Positions 38,916 through 49,732 of a stretch of DNA of 64,000 bases are shown piece by piece. The notes beneath the pieces are model-generated. The model was not told the DNA's origin and did no database searches. It saw nothing but the letters and a program-made list of their open reading frames with translations. A program made the position numbers and the translations under genes. This DNA is from Bacilli bacterium (GTDB lineage: Bacteria; Bacillota_I; Bacilli_A; RFN20; CAG-826): contig JAGAHY010000140.1 of NCBI GenBank assembly GCA_017626815.1, forward strand, positions 404 through 64,403, written 5' to 3'. Position 1 is the stretch's first letter; every line of letters starts with the position of its first letter.

Positions 38916-39593
38916 TATTGCGTGAAGGTTAACGCCATTTGTGTAGGAATATCTATGTGCCTAGGGATGGGTAGTAACTGAAGATTAGCAGCGCCCTCTT
39001 CCGGAACCTCCCGAAGTTCGTGAGGCCGTTGGACAGCTTCTTGAGCATGGCTCGAATTGGCCCGGGCCCAGGCCAAAGGCGACTACAAAGGAATTCGGAT
39101 TTGGTTTATTATTCATATACCTCCTAATATTGGTGTCAGCAAACTCAGTTTAGGAGGTTTTTGAATTAATGGAATGGGCATAAGCCGCGGCTGCCGCGCC
39201 CCGCCGCCCCGCTGGCGCCCAGACGAGGGCTCCGGATTCGGCATTTGTGGCTCTTTCCTCTTCGAAAGACCCGCGTCAGAAAGGGGCTGCCCAACGTGGT
39301 CGCGCCATGGAACGTGGCCGCATTGGCTGATTTCAAGCAGCAGGTAGTCGAAATCGGTAGGTAAAGCTGTTGAAAAAAATGGGGAGCACTAAAAATTTGC
39401 GCCCCACTTTATTCAACAGGGCCTTTTTCTTATGTTTCAGGCCGAAAACGGGGTCTCCCCAGAAGGACGAAAAACAAACGTCGTACGTTGGGACGTGTGA
39501 AAAAGTTCAGTATTCATCGGCATTTTACCCTGTACGTCCTAGGAACATGTTCCTATGCGAGACGACCCCCAGTAATAAAAAGGAGACGATCGT

Positions 39594-39860
39594 ATGCCGC
39601 TTAACGAAAACGAGAAATCTGAGTTCAAGGAATTCTTCGACCATGAGGACTTCGAGGCCGAAGTCGTCTCCTTCCTCAACGAAGAAGGCGGGACCATCTA
39701 TATCGGCGCCACTAACAATGGCGCTGGGAAAGGCGTCGCGGACATTGGCAAGACGATGTTATTGATTTCTGATTCCCCTGCTAGATCGCATCGCGCCCGA
39801 TTGCTCCGAGTTTACTTCGATCCATGAGGATGAAGTCGATGGGACGAAGGTCGTCCCCTT
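39594..39860 (+). pseudogene. Frameshifted N-terminal fragment of an AlbA_2 (Schlafen-like divergent AAA) DNA-binding regulator
   Basis: MPLNENEKSEFKEFFDHEDFEAEVVSFLNEEGGTIYIGATNNGAGKGVADIGK… continues in another frame (…IAPDCSEFTSIHEDEVDGTKVVPFEAS) and then stops. Confidence 0.45.
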
Positions 39861-40035
39861 TGAAGCCTCGTAAGGCAATGATGCCCAAAAGGATCTTATT
39901 TCCTTTCGGAACGCCAAGATTGTATTCCGTTGACGGTTTCAATCCACTATTCGTTTGCAAATCGCGATTTTTAGAAAACGGGATTCCGCCAAAAACCTTA
40001 AAGTTTGCATTCGGAAAGCGAGCAGCAAAACACGC

Positions 40036-40986
40036 TTAGCATCCAAATAGCACAAAAGTGGCCTGGCGACGATTTGCCTCAATCCCGAAAAAACAGGCCT
40101 CATTAGTGTTGTCAATCATGACCGGCTCTGTCCCAATATAGTTTTTGTTTGAGGAAACGACGACGTCCCATTTGGTCTTGATGAACCAAAAGGCAGTGGT
40201 TTCTGCTTCCCCGATTTTCATTGCGAAATGGCCGACGTTCCCGGAAGCGGGGGAGTAGGCGCAAACCACGGGTTTCGTTGCGTTGAAGGATCCGCTTGAC
40301 GCTTGGAAAGAGGACGTTAATGTTGCGCTGAGACCTGGGAGGTAATCCGAAAGCACAATGCCTAGCCCGGGTTGGTAGTTTTGGGAGGACTGCAGTGCGG
40401 AATACAAAGCGGACGCGGACGAATAGATGGAAGGATTCGTCGCGTTCGTAAGCCGATAGGTGTATATGAGGTCGAGCGAGGCGATTTGGGCGCAATCGTC
40501 GATGTCGCAGTTGAAAGAGACGGGAGTCCAATTCCCGAAGGGAGATGAGCCATAAATCGAAACGAGAGAGGGGATCCGACAAATGCAGGAATTAACGGAG
40601 AAGCCGTTTGAGGATATAAGATCCGAAAGCGGGGTCATTCCCGCCAGCGTGGACGCATAATAGTCGGGGTCCTCAGAGCTCGGCGACGCGTCCATGGAAT
40701 AGCCGTCAAGGTCGAAAGTCAATTCCTCGCCGTTGATTTCAGTCCGGAATCCGGTTACCTCGCCTGATGGGCTGAGAATGGGGGCGACGTCGGAATCATA
40801 CGAAAACCCCCTTTCCGCGCAATAAGCCGATAGTTGGGCGTCGATTCTTTCCATCGCGGTGCCTAGGGGCAGCTCTGTAGTACCTTCCCCGCATCCGACC
40901 AAGGCGGACGAAATCAGTATTAGTTGTTCGAGCATAGAGTTAACCTCCGAACAACAAAGTGGGGCAAAGCCTGGAAAAACCGCCAA
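40036..40986 (-). CDS. Putative lipoprotein of unknown function downstream of the ECF sigma/anti-sigma pair
   Basis: 316 aa. Signal peptide with LVGC lipobox after an N-terminal extension. Confidence 0.45.
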   Translation of the reverse strand: MAVFPGFAPLCCSEVNSMLEQLILISSALVGCGEGTTELPLGTAMERIDAQLSAYCAERGFSYDSDVAPILSPSGEVTGFRTEINGEELTFDLDGYSMDASPSSEDPDYYASTLAGMTPLSDLISSNGFSVNSCICRIPSLVSIYGSSPFGNWTPVSFNCDIDDCAQIASLDLIYTYRLTNATNPSIYSSASALYSALQSSQNYQPGLGIVLSDYLPGLSATLTSSFQASSGSFNATKPVVCAYSPASGNVGHFAMKIGEAETTAFWFIKTKWDVVVSSNKNYIGTEPVMIDNTNEACFFGIEANRRQATFVLFGC

Positions 40987-40991
40987 GCGAA

Positions 40992-41621
40992 TTAACCGAT
41001 TGGGGTGTAATAGACGGTTCCGAGCGCGAAAGATGAGGAATCACCAAAGCTGATGGTTATCGTTTTTTCGCTCGATTCCTCAAGAGGAAAGGAAATCGAG
41101 AACGGAGTTTTTTGGCTCAAGTATGAAGCTTCGCCTCGATATTCGCCCAGCTCGAAAGAGAGAACCCCGAATTCGAATGAGCCAAATGGGTTTTCAGTGA
41201 AGCGGACGCAGCAGACATAGTTGCCCTCCTTCCCAAAAAGCAAGGCAGTAGACGGGGCGTCGTTTCTTTTCTCCGTCACTTCGAGAGTGGAAAGGGAAAA
41301 GTCAATGCTTGGATCCGAACAGACCCATCGGCTGGCGGCAAATGTGCCATATAGAACGGGCCTTTGGCCGCCCTCCCCATAGTAACTTGGCTCATTCGAA
41401 AAATTGATCGCTAAAGGTATGACGATGGCCGCTGTGACGCAAACCGCCAAACCGGCGATGGCCATTGGGACCAGGATGCGACGTCTCCGTGGTGAGGGGC
41501 GGCCGTTTTGCGCGACGGTATCCCAATCGACGCCTTTGGTGACGCTTTCAAAGGAAGGCGGCTCTGGCGTCAGGGCGTCCGCGGCCTCGAAAACGCGCCT
41601 CTCGGTTCTATTCCTTTTCAT
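40992..41621 (-). CDS. Putative membrane anti-sigma factor (single TM)
   Basis: 209 aa. Overlaps the upstream ECF sigma gene. TM ILVPMAIAGLAVCVTAAIVIPLAI. Assignment by context. Confidence 0.5.
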   Translation of the reverse strand: MKRNRTERRVFEAADALTPEPPSFESVTKGVDWDTVAQNGRPSPRRRRILVPMAIAGLAVCVTAAIVIPLAINFSNEPSYYGEGGQRPVLYGTFAASRWVCSDPSIDFSLSTLEVTEKRNDAPSTALLFGKEGNYVCCVRFTENPFGSFEFGVLSFELGEYRGEASYLSQKTPFSISFPLEESSEKTITISFGDSSSFALGTVYYTPIG

Positions 41622-42174
41622 CCCTGAGCCTCCTCCTTAGTTCCTTAATGGCCTTTCTGTAGCGGTAGCACACTGCGTCCTCCCCCATTCCCAGCCTTTC
41701 GGCGATTTCCTTTTGGGTATAGTCATAGGCTGCCTTTAAGATCACGATGTCCGAGTCGGGGTGCCCGAGCCAGGCCTCGATTTTAGCGAACAATTCCCTG
41801 CCTTGGAGCAAATCCGGAATGCTTTGCCCCTGGTCCGCGGTCTCGCTCTCGTCGTCCATTTGGTCCAAACGCCGCTGTTTTTCCTTCCTGTGTCCGCAAA
41901 TGTACTTGGCGCTTTGGACCCAATAGTCCGCGACGCGGTCCACGGTCAGGAGCCTTTGCGGGTCTTTGAGCAGCCCGAGGAAGGATTCCTGGATGTCGTC
42001 GTCGGTTTCGCCATCCTTCCCAAACGAATCGATGAGGACGCGGTACACGAGGCGGACGTTGTCCTCGTATAGGCGCTCGAACGCCTTGGCAATCCTCGCG
42101 CCGTTTCCGCTTTTTATGGCCCTTTTCAGTTCTCTTTCCGCGTCCATTTCGGGGAAATTTTGGGCCTTCGTCAA
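41608..42174 (-). CDS. ECF-type RNA polymerase sigma factor, divergent from the radical-SAM maturase gene
   Basis: 188 aa. Region 2 and region 4 HTH (YTQKEIAERLGMGEDAVCYRYRKAIKELRRRL). Confidence 0.8.
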   Translation of the reverse strand: MTKAQNFPEMDAERELKRAIKSGNGARIAKAFERLYEDNVRLVYRVLIDSFGKDGETDDDIQESFLGLLKDPQRLLTVDRVADYWVQSAKYICGHRKEKQRRLDQMDDESETADQGQSIPDLLQGRELFAKIEAWLGHPDSDIVILKAAYDYTQKEIAERLGMGEDAVCYRYRKAIKELRRRLRDEKE

Positions 42175-42284
42175 TTGTATGTCTATATCTTTCTGATTAC
42201 CGCTCGTTTTTTGCCATTTTGCTCAGCAAAAAAATTTTTCTCTTTTCTTTGACGGAACAACCAGGGCTCCAGACACCTAATTAA

Positions 42285-43628
42285 ATGAACATGCTGAAAT
42301 TTCGGGCGTTAGGCAAAACGGTATACTACGACGAAAGATCCACTTTCTTTTCTTTGGATGAGCCTAGGCAAGAAGAGGTCCAATCCTTCCCGCCTATCCC
42401 ACCAATCGAAGAGCTGATTGCCGCGTCGAAGCCGACCGCCTACACGTTCTGCGTCGACGTGTCCGATTCCTGTAACCTACGCTGCGATTACTGCTTCAAC
42501 GAAACGAAAACGGGCAAAACGATCGATGCTGCAACAGCGATTTCCTATTTGGAGGCGATGTTTCATAAATACGACTCCGGCGAAAAGTACTTCGTCGACA
42601 TGTCCGGCAAGGGCGAGCCGTTGCTCGCGTTGAAAACAGTTTTGGAGATAGCGAGGTGGTGCAGGAGAAAACAGGACGAAATCCGGAAAGAGGTTCTGCC
42701 GCAGTTCGTCTGCAACGGGACGATGCTGTCCCCTTTGGTGGCGGAGGTTCTCCAAAACGAAGGGATTCTATTTGGGGTCAGCCTGGATGGAAACAAGCAA
42801 GTTCACGATTCGCATAGGAGGGACGCGAACGGAAATCCCACATTCGACGCGATTATCGACAACGTCAAATCGATACGCTTTCGGAACTACGTCGGTTGCG
42901 CAGCCACCCTTACCAAGGACGTGTTTCCGCTCGTCGAAGCGATAGATTCGCTGCTGCCGATATTCAAGACGATCAGCTTTCGGCCGGCTCGCGGCGCGTA
43001 TGCCTTCGACGATTCTTCCGGAAAACTTTGGGAAGACCAATACGAGCGATTGGGGTTTCGGCTGTTGAAAGACATCGAACGGGGAGACGCGTCTATTTTC
43101 CTCGCCCTAATGAACGGCGAAGACTATTTTGGGAGATACCTGGTTCGGGCAATAGGCTTCAAACGAACAATCGCCCGTTGCGACGCTTCGATATCCCGCT
43201 TCGCTTTGGATATCGACGGCAAGATATATCCATGCCCGGCTTGTTGCGAAGCAGGATTGGACGTCCGTTCCTTTGTCGACGGAGGATTATCCGCTGAGTT
43301 TTCAATCGAGGCCCAAGCCAAAAGCTGCCTGGGATGCAACATAAAGTACTTCTGCGGAGGCGAATGTCCCATTAATGCAACGCACGCTCTTGGGAACGAA
43401 GACGCCCTTTGCCGTTTCCGGAGAAAACTGATAACGATTGCCATGGTTTTGAGCGAAACATTGCGAACAACAAATACAAAACTCTACGATTCATTGACGG
43501 TGTTTTGCGATGAAAAAATCCTCAGGCAAAAAGCCAATCCAAAGTTGGCCGTCTTTTTGAATGCGCATCGCAACATGTCTTTTACGAAAGCAAAAGCAGC
43601 ATTCGATAAAGAATACCCAAGCTATTAA
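42285..43628 (+). CDS. Radical SAM/SPASM-domain peptide-modifying enzyme (maturase 1)
   Basis: 447 aa. CNLRCDYC (CxxxCxxC). C-terminal SPASM cysteine cluster CPACCEAG…CLGCNIKYFCGGECP…C. Confidence 0.85.
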   Translation: MNMLKFRALGKTVYYDERSTFFSLDEPRQEEVQSFPPIPPIEELIAASKPTAYTFCVDVSDSCNLRCDYCFNETKTGKTIDAATAISYLEAMFHKYDSGEKYFVDMSGKGEPLLALKTVLEIARWCRRKQDEIRKEVLPQFVCNGTMLSPLVAEVLQNEGILFGVSLDGNKQVHDSHRRDANGNPTFDAIIDNVKSIRFRNYVGCAATLTKDVFPLVEAIDSLLPIFKTISFRPARGAYAFDDSSGKLWEDQYERLGFRLLKDIERGDASIFLALMNGEDYFGRYLVRAIGFKRTIARCDASISRFALDIDGKIYPCPACCEAGLDVRSFVDGGLSAEFSIEAQAKSCLGCNIKYFCGGECPINATHALGNEDALCRFRRKLITIAMVLSETLRTTNTKLYDSLTVFCDEKILRQKANPKLAVFLNAHRNMSFTKAKAAFDKEYPSY

Positions 43629-43792
43629 CAATCGAACCGATTCTTCTAAATATCGTTTGGGAGCTTTGCTTTTTGATTACCCATATCTATTTATTTTTGG
43701 CGGAGGGTTTTGAAAATGCGACATTTAGTTAGCGAAGGCATTCCGGATCAATTCTCGGCCTTCATCGATGACAAGACATCAAGGGAGAAAAA

Positions 43793-44668
43793 ATGAATAT
43801 CACTACCTTACTTACTACAGGCGCGCTGATCATGTCAGTCGCCACAACTTATCATAATCCAATTCGAATCAATACGAACTTCAGTCACTACGCTACTTCT
43901 AACGGTGATCAACTCGTGATTGACAACGCCGACGGAAGGCTGACTTATTATACGAACATTTACAAAATCGGCTTCACTTCCGTCAGCAATATTTATGTGT
44001 TGGATACTTGGTTCAAATGGGAACCTGGAAAGGCTTTAGGATCCCCTTATTACACCGATTCTCAGCTTGGAAAATGCACCATTCACGTTGAGCCCTATCG
44101 GTATGTTGACAACGAAAACAACAAAACCGGTGGATCCATGCGCCAAATCGCCGCTTGGCCAACTGCTGATACAGGAACAGCTTTCTCCTTTTCAGCCGTT
44201 TTTGGCGACTCTTATTCTGGCATATTTGTCAATGAATCGACCGAAGATAAATCTTATGTCTTAGGATATGGGTCGAATCTAATTGTCCCCCAAAACGGAG
44301 GAACCCCCTTCGAGGTACAGTACTTGAGATCAAACGCCGTCAGCCATTATTACAACCACTATGAATTGACTAACACGATTAACGACGTGCCTTTGTCTTA
44401 TTCTTCCTCGAACACGAATTACGACCATTATGTCAACGAATGGGTTTTTGAACCGGTTTACGGTGGATCCGGAATTACCACGTTTGACTTCCATACCATC
44501 GTTATGTTTGAGATGTCGAAAGCGACAATCAACGTTGGGGAAAATGCGATGTGCTACCTATACTCTTTCAAGACACAAAACAGATATCCCGAACCAGTCC
44601 TGTGGTGGACCGTTCCGTCTTTGGGGACAGAGTATACCTACTCAGTGGTTGGCGTCGCTGGCGTATGA
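43793..44668 (+). CDS. Secreted protein of unknown function, translationally coupled to the downstream ABC transporter
   Basis: 291 aa. Signal peptide. 4-nt overlap with the next start. Confidence 0.5.
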   Translation: MNITTLLTTGALIMSVATTYHNPIRINTNFSHYATSNGDQLVIDNADGRLTYYTNIYKIGFTSVSNIYVLDTWFKWEPGKALGSPYYTDSQLGKCTIHVEPYRYVDNENNKTGGSMRQIAAWPTADTGTAFSFSAVFGDSYSGIFVNESTEDKSYVLGYGSNLIVPQNGGTPFEVQYLRSNAVSHYYNHYELTNTINDVPLSYSSSNTNYDHYVNEWVFEPVYGGSGITTFDFHTIVMFEMSKATINVGENAMCYLYSFKTQNRYPEPVLWWTVPSLGTEYTYSVVGVAGV

Positions 44669-47484
44669 TTCGGCTGAACAATGTCAGGAAATCCTTTTAT
44701 CTACCCGGCAGGAACAGGATTGACGTAATTAAACATGCCTCCTTGGAACTTCCAGAGGCTGGAATGGTTTTCGTTTTAGGGAAATCCGGCTCCGGCAAAT
44801 CCACCCTCCTCAATTTAATCGGGGGTCTTATTTCCCCGAGCGCAGGCTCTATTGTCTTTTCCGGATTCAAAGGCGAAAAACCGAAGATCTCGTTCTGCTT
44901 CCAAGGCGGGAACGTCTTTGGCGAACTCACGGTGCTAGAAAATGTTCTGATTGCAAAAGCTAAGAAAGAAAAAGAAAGCGTAGGCAAGGCAAAGGACATT
45001 CTTGCTCAGATTGGGCTATCCGAATTGTCTGACCGTAAGGCATATATGCTTTCAGGCGGCGAGCAGCAGCGTTTAGCTTTGGCCAGAGCACTATATCAAG
45101 ACTCTGATGTGGTTTTGGCAGACGAACCAACCGGATCGCTCGACCGTGCCTCCTCGCTTGGAGTTTTTAATCTTCTCAAAGAGATTTCGGATTCTAGATT
45201 GGTACTTGTCGTATCCCACGATCAAGAGGCGGCGGAAAAATACGGCGATCGCATCATCCGAATCGAAGATGGAATTATTACTGATGTCTTTCGTCAAGAC
45301 CAAATAGTTGTTTCCGACGGATTAACCAGGCTCAAAGACAAATTGGCGCCGAACCCTGGCCTTGTTGCAAAGATTGCATGGCGCCAAGCTTTTCGTCGAC
45401 CTCTTGCCCTTTTGCTGACCATATTGCTGACCGGGCTTTCCCTTGGTGCGGCAATGTTTGGATTCGGGCTTGGGATGGGGGCTTCAGACACGAATGTGGC
45501 ATCGTCTGTGATCGCCTCTGGCATTGACAGCATCGTAGCGCTAAACACGATAAAGGGGGTCGACGTTGGATTTGGGCCCCTTGATCTTGCAGAGGCTGGG
45601 GAATTGTGCAAAGCCCCCTGCGTACCTCTATATAACATTCCTCATTCATATTCCTACGATAGTTACAGTTACCGCTTGGAGGTTTCTAAGCCGTGCGTTC
45701 ATAATCCGTTATTTCAATCGTCCCGTATCCGTTACTGCTTCCCGACAAATTTAGAGAACTTAAAAAACGTAGGCCTAGATTTGATAGCCGGCGCCCTTCC
45801 GACTGGATTAAGCGAGATCGTGGTCCCGTATTGCCAATATGAGGAATATGCAAACGCGGGTTTCCTCGGAACATCGGGCGGTATCCCTGCCACAGCCATC
45901 GCTGACCCGGCCAGCTTTTTATCTTATCGCCCCGCCATTTCTGTTTTCGGCCGTCAGATGGAAATCGTTGGGATTGTCGACACGCATCTTCCGGAAAAAC
46001 TATTTTCTTATGTTTCGGCGGACGAGCGAGACTTTTTTGGCAATATTTGCCAATCCGCCTATAAAACAGGTATCGAGAATTCTCTCCACGTCTGCGCGTT
46101 TGGAAGCCAGGACTTTTGCGACAATTTTGCCAAATCCGTGAGATTTATAGAAATTCCTGAGGGAGCCGTCGCTATCGCTTCGTGGACGGATGGCCAATCA
46201 TCTGTTTCCTCTTTTTCGAGAGCGTGTTCGGCTGGCGTTCAAACCGAAGAAAAAGAAGGCATTTTCGCCTCGGCGGAAATGCTACGCGCCAGCGCAGGTT
46301 TTGAAGTAAAAGCACCTTTTTACGATTTCGAAAATGCGAGCCTTTTTCGTATTCCGCGCTTTTCTTCCATCACTTCGAGTGAAACTTCGGTCGCGGGAAA
46401 AGCCTTCGCGCCATTGCCTGACTTAGGGATTAATAACGCTTTTGTGCTGTCGGCATGTTGCGATTATGTAAATCAGCAAGGCCTGCCATCCAATCGATAC
46501 CTTTTGGAGGTGAAGGCCAATGAGGATTTCTTAAAACTTAAGGCATTTGACAGTAGTGTCCAAATCCCGGATTTTGGAACTCCAGAAGGCGAGGACGTTC
46601 TGAAAACCTATTTCGCGTGGAGTTTATCTATGGGGGACTTCGGAATAGAGCAATACCCTCTATCCTCTTCCTTTTACAATGACGTTTTCGATATTGGCAT
46701 CACCGGAGAAACGATCGTTAGGGCGGCGACGATAGATCTACTTCGGAAAAACGATCTCCTCCCAAAGGGTAATGTTTCTTTGCGTATAGAAGGCGATTTT
46801 AGCTTTGATCAAGAATTCCCTTGCGCAGGCATCGCGGTTCTGCCCGGAGACGGAGACGGGAAACGTTGTTATTTAACAGATGGAATATTTGAAACGGTTG
46901 CCCAGGCTCTCCCAGACGGAAGAACGATGACCGCTTGCTGCTTTAAAACACCTTCTTTAGATGCCGTTACTTCTCTGTTTTCGCAATATAAGGCATCGTT
47001 TGGCTCTTCAAAGAGGGCCTATCGATCCGAAATTGCCCAATTCTCATTTGCCCAAGATTTCAAACAGCGCTTTGAGAATCTCCAAGATGTCATGATTTGG
47101 CTTTCCGTTGGGCTCTTCTCATTCAACATCCTGTTACAAGTCGTCTTTGCTCTTATCCGACTAGACGCCCAGGGGAAGACAGCAGGGCTTTTGCTGGGAA
47201 TCGGCGGGAGGTTGGCACATTTGTACCTCTTTTCCTCATTTTCTCAATTCATATCATCCGTGATAGGTTGCTTGGTTGGCGCTACAATCGCTGTGCTTGT
47301 TTCGGCCTCAATAAATGCAAACTTTATGGTGGAGACAGGATTAATGCTCCCTGTTTTCACTTTCCCTGTCGCCTTGGTTGTGACAATGGGGCTTGGGTCG
47401 ATTGCTCTGGTGCTATTGATGTGTTTTGCCAATTCTGTTGGTCTCAAGAAAAAAGGGGCAGCCACATTACTAAAAAGGGAATAG
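44665..47484 (+). CDS. Large MacB-like ABC transporter (ATPase plus extended extracytoplasmic domain plus FtsX-type permease)
   Basis: Start MIRLNNVRKSF. GKSGSGKST, LSGGEQQR, VLADEPTGSLD, VSHD. TM helix after the ATPase and a C-terminal 3-TM bundle. Confidence 0.8.
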   Translation: MIRLNNVRKSFYLPGRNRIDVIKHASLELPEAGMVFVLGKSGSGKSTLLNLIGGLISPSAGSIVFSGFKGEKPKISFCFQGGNVFGELTVLENVLIAKAKKEKESVGKAKDILAQIGLSELSDRKAYMLSGGEQQRLALARALYQDSDVVLADEPTGSLDRASSLGVFNLLKEISDSRLVLVVSHDQEAAEKYGDRIIRIEDGIITDVFRQDQIVVSDGLTRLKDKLAPNPGLVAKIAWRQAFRRPLALLLTILLTGLSLGAAMFGFGLGMGASDTNVASSVIASGIDSIVALNTIKGVDVGFGPLDLAEAGELCKAPCVPLYNIPHSYSYDSYSYRLEVSKPCVHNPLFQSSRIRYCFPTNLENLKNVGLDLIAGALPTGLSEIVVPYCQYEEYANAGFLGTSGGIPATAIADPASFLSYRPAISVFGRQMEIVGIVDTHLPEKLFSYVSADERDFFGNICQSAYKTGIENSLHVCAFGSQDFCDNFAKSVRFIEIPEGAVAIASWTDGQSSVSSFSRACSAGVQTEEKEGIFASAEMLRASAGFEVKAPFYDFENASLFRIPRFSSITSSETSVAGKAFAPLPDLGINNAFVLSACCDYVNQQGLPSNRYLLEVKANEDFLKLKAFDSSVQIPDFGTPEGEDVLKTYFAWSLSMGDFGIEQYPLSSSFYNDVFDIGITGETIVRAATIDLLRKNDLLPKGNVSLRIEGDFSFDQEFPCAGIAVLPGDGDGKRCYLTDGIFETVAQALPDGRTMTACCFKTPSLDAVTSLFSQYKASFGSSKRAYRSEIAQFSFAQDFKQRFENLQDVMIWLSVGLFSFNILLQVVFALIRLDAQGKTAGLLLGIGGRLAHLYLFSSFSQFISSVIGCLVGATIAVLVSASINANFMVETGLMLPVFTFPVALVVTMGLGSIALVLLMCFANSVGLKKKGAATLLKRE

Positions 47485-47648
47485 AGATTTATGGGCTGAA
47501 AAAGGCGTTAGGTTAGGCGCGAGCTATCGATTCAAAAAATAGGCGATATGTATTTATCGTGAAGATGGGCTAATTCAGGCTTTCAAAAGATATCTCTGGC
47601 ACGCGTTGGGCGGAACGCCAGGCCAACGGAGTTCGCGCATATCGCAGC

Positions 47649-47724
47649 GGTGGTGTTATACGTCAAAGATTTTTACGCGCGAAAAGTCAGATTATTTTCA
47701 AAGAACGCCTGGAAAATTGTGAGG
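47649..47724. repeat. Right arm of the inverted repeat pair (partner 30548-30624)
   Basis: See the left arm. Confidence 0.6.
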
Positions 47725-47772
47725 TCGCGGTTTTTCCTACTCAAGAGCCATTAGATTAAAGGAGGATACAAA

Positions 47773-49281
47773 ATGCAACTCTTAACGTTATTGCTTGCGG
47801 TGTCGACAACGACATCAACAGTCCCGGCGGATAGCGCCACCGCGGGAAACGCATCTTATAGACGCGATGATCTTTCCTTTGTCGATGATTTAGAGACCGG
47901 TGATCTTTGTGATTCGGCGCACGGAGGATTCGCTTATTTCGATGAGACAGGAACCGAACTTCCTTGGCAATCGCAAATTGATTTTGCGAATCGAGAAGGT
48001 GGAACAAGGACGTTCAACGATAATCGAGAAGACAACGACTCATTTCAAGAAGCATCATGCATGAGCCCGGTTGGTTTATGGGAAGGTGGAGTATATCAAC
48101 ATAGCGCATGGCTTGATGCCACAATCTCTCTAAAACGGAGCGGATTCTGGTGGTGGGAAACAACTTGGTTAGATGTAGATTACTATATTTTTGACGCGTG
48201 TTGTACGGGAACGATGTCTGCCCAATTGACCAATATCCCATCGGGCAAAGATTACGACCTAAAAGTTTGGAAGATGTGGGATGGTCCTAACGTATCGACT
48301 TCGGACCTGAATTTTAATCAGCCCTTTAATCAAAGTATAAATTCCGGAAACGCGAACGAGACACTTACGCTTGCTGTTACTCCTGGTACATATTTTTTCT
48401 GCGTATATCCAAAAAACAAAGACACCAATCTATCAAATTATGACGAAGACAACCCTTATCATCTTTATATAGAAGAAACCGTGGATGTTACTCGCCCCTA
48501 TAGTTCATATTCTATTTCTCAAGGTAAACTCAACGGCGACAGAGGGGCGTTGTGGATATCGGATTATGCACCACTCGGGCACACGCCTGTAACCTTGTCG
48601 AACGATCAAGCGAGGGTACAAATTATCAACTACGACACCTATCCTTTTATTCGCCATCTTGCGGATAAATACAATGGTACTACGGCAATTAACTACGCAG
48701 TCTTATATGTTTGGGACGTTCCGTTGCGGGCTTCCATCAGCCAATTAGCGGGCGAATTATATGATTTGGTGAATGATTGTGCTTCTTGGGAAGCAAACCA
48801 AGCCAAACAAGCCAGTATAGATTTTAACCGCGATAATTTAGTTGTGGCTTTGAGCGGATACGCTGTTTCTTATATATCTTTGGCAGTCACTGGCCCAGCC
48901 GGGCTTGCCCTAGCGGCCTTAGGGTTTGCTGTTTCGACGATAGGACTAGTTCTGGCGGAAGCCGGTTATCTTCTTGCCTATCAATCGCAGCCGACTTTTA
49001 CTACGACGAAAACAGACCTTCTAAACTATTTAGTAAGTGTTCAGCAAACCTTCGCAGTTGGACAAGGGAGCAACAATAACGAGGTGAAAATCCTTAGATT
49101 TCGCTATCGTTTCGATAACTCATCTGGACACTATCTCGACTGGTCCCCGTTTTACAAAAGCACCGATTATAATTTCTATAACGACAACATTATTACATGG
49201 CAAATCGAGGATTCCGGAATAGACGGAACCGTGCGAGGCATACAATCACTTAATGATGTCAAGAGTCTTTTGGGGGATTAG
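47773..49281 (+). CDS. Secreted protein with PPC-like beta-sandwich region and a C-terminal hydrophobic/amphipathic segment, unknown function
   Basis: 502 aa. Signal peptide. DVDYYIFD…GTYFFCVYP pattern. Long hydrophobic stretch ALSGYAVSYISLAVTGPAGLALAALGFAVSTIGLVLAEAGYLLAY. Confidence 0.45.
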   Translation: MQLLTLLLAVSTTTSTVPADSATAGNASYRRDDLSFVDDLETGDLCDSAHGGFAYFDETGTELPWQSQIDFANREGGTRTFNDNREDNDSFQEASCMSPVGLWEGGVYQHSAWLDATISLKRSGFWWWETTWLDVDYYIFDACCTGTMSAQLTNIPSGKDYDLKVWKMWDGPNVSTSDLNFNQPFNQSINSGNANETLTLAVTPGTYFFCVYPKNKDTNLSNYDEDNPYHLYIEETVDVTRPYSSYSISQGKLNGDRGALWISDYAPLGHTPVTLSNDQARVQIINYDTYPFIRHLADKYNGTTAINYAVLYVWDVPLRASISQLAGELYDLVNDCASWEANQAKQASIDFNRDNLVVALSGYAVSYISLAVTGPAGLALAALGFAVSTIGLVLAEAGYLLAYQSQPTFTTTKTDLLNYLVSVQQTFAVGQGSNNNEVKILRFRYRFDNSSGHYLDWSPFYKSTDYNFYNDNIITWQIEDSGIDGTVRGIQSLNDVKSLLGD

Positions 49282-49285
49282 ATAA

Positions 49286-49732
49286 ATGGTTGACTCTTTT
49301 TATGTGAAGGTTCCGCGGAAAAAATACATCACGATAGATTGGCCTTTTTATATTTGCTATGTTGTTTTCGCCATGTTAGGTTTGTTCCTTTTAGTTCGTG
49401 GCATTACAACATCCAACGAATATAACCGTTTCAATTATGTTGGTATTATTGGAGGAATTGCGTTTATCGTTGTTGGCATTGGTATAATTGTTGCCCATTT
49501 TTATCTTCGGCCTGCCGGTTCGCTTCTAGTTGAGATCACGACAAATGGAACTCTTGTTTTGACATCGAAAAATTTACCGCCGCAATCAATCAAACCGATT
49601 AAAACGGAAACGCGCAAAGACGGATGGATTATAATATTCGGATCATGGCGAAATAAAGTGCTGCTACCTCCTTTAGACGAAGATGGGAAGGAAACGGCAA
49701 AACGTCTAGAAAAGGTTTTTTGGTTCGATTAA
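49286..49732 (+). CDS. Small membrane protein (2 TM plus PH-like C-terminal domain)
   Basis: 148 aa, 5 nt after the upstream stop. Overlaps the 3' end of the opposite-strand zinc-ribbon ORF. Confidence 0.4.
   Translation: MVDSFYVKVPRKKYITIDWPFYICYVVFAMLGLFLLVRGITTSNEYNRFNYVGIIGGIAFIVVGIGIIVAHFYLRPAGSLLVEITTNGTLVLTSKNLPPQSIKPIKTETRKDGWIIIFGSWRNKVLLPPLDEDGKETAKRLEKVFWFD

Noticed and set aside
39160-39260. Very GC-rich segment (ggctgccgcgccccgccgccccgctggcgccc)
   Set aside because: No ORF, repeat partner or obvious hairpin. Likely decayed sequence in the pseudogene-rich 38.9-40.0 kb interval.
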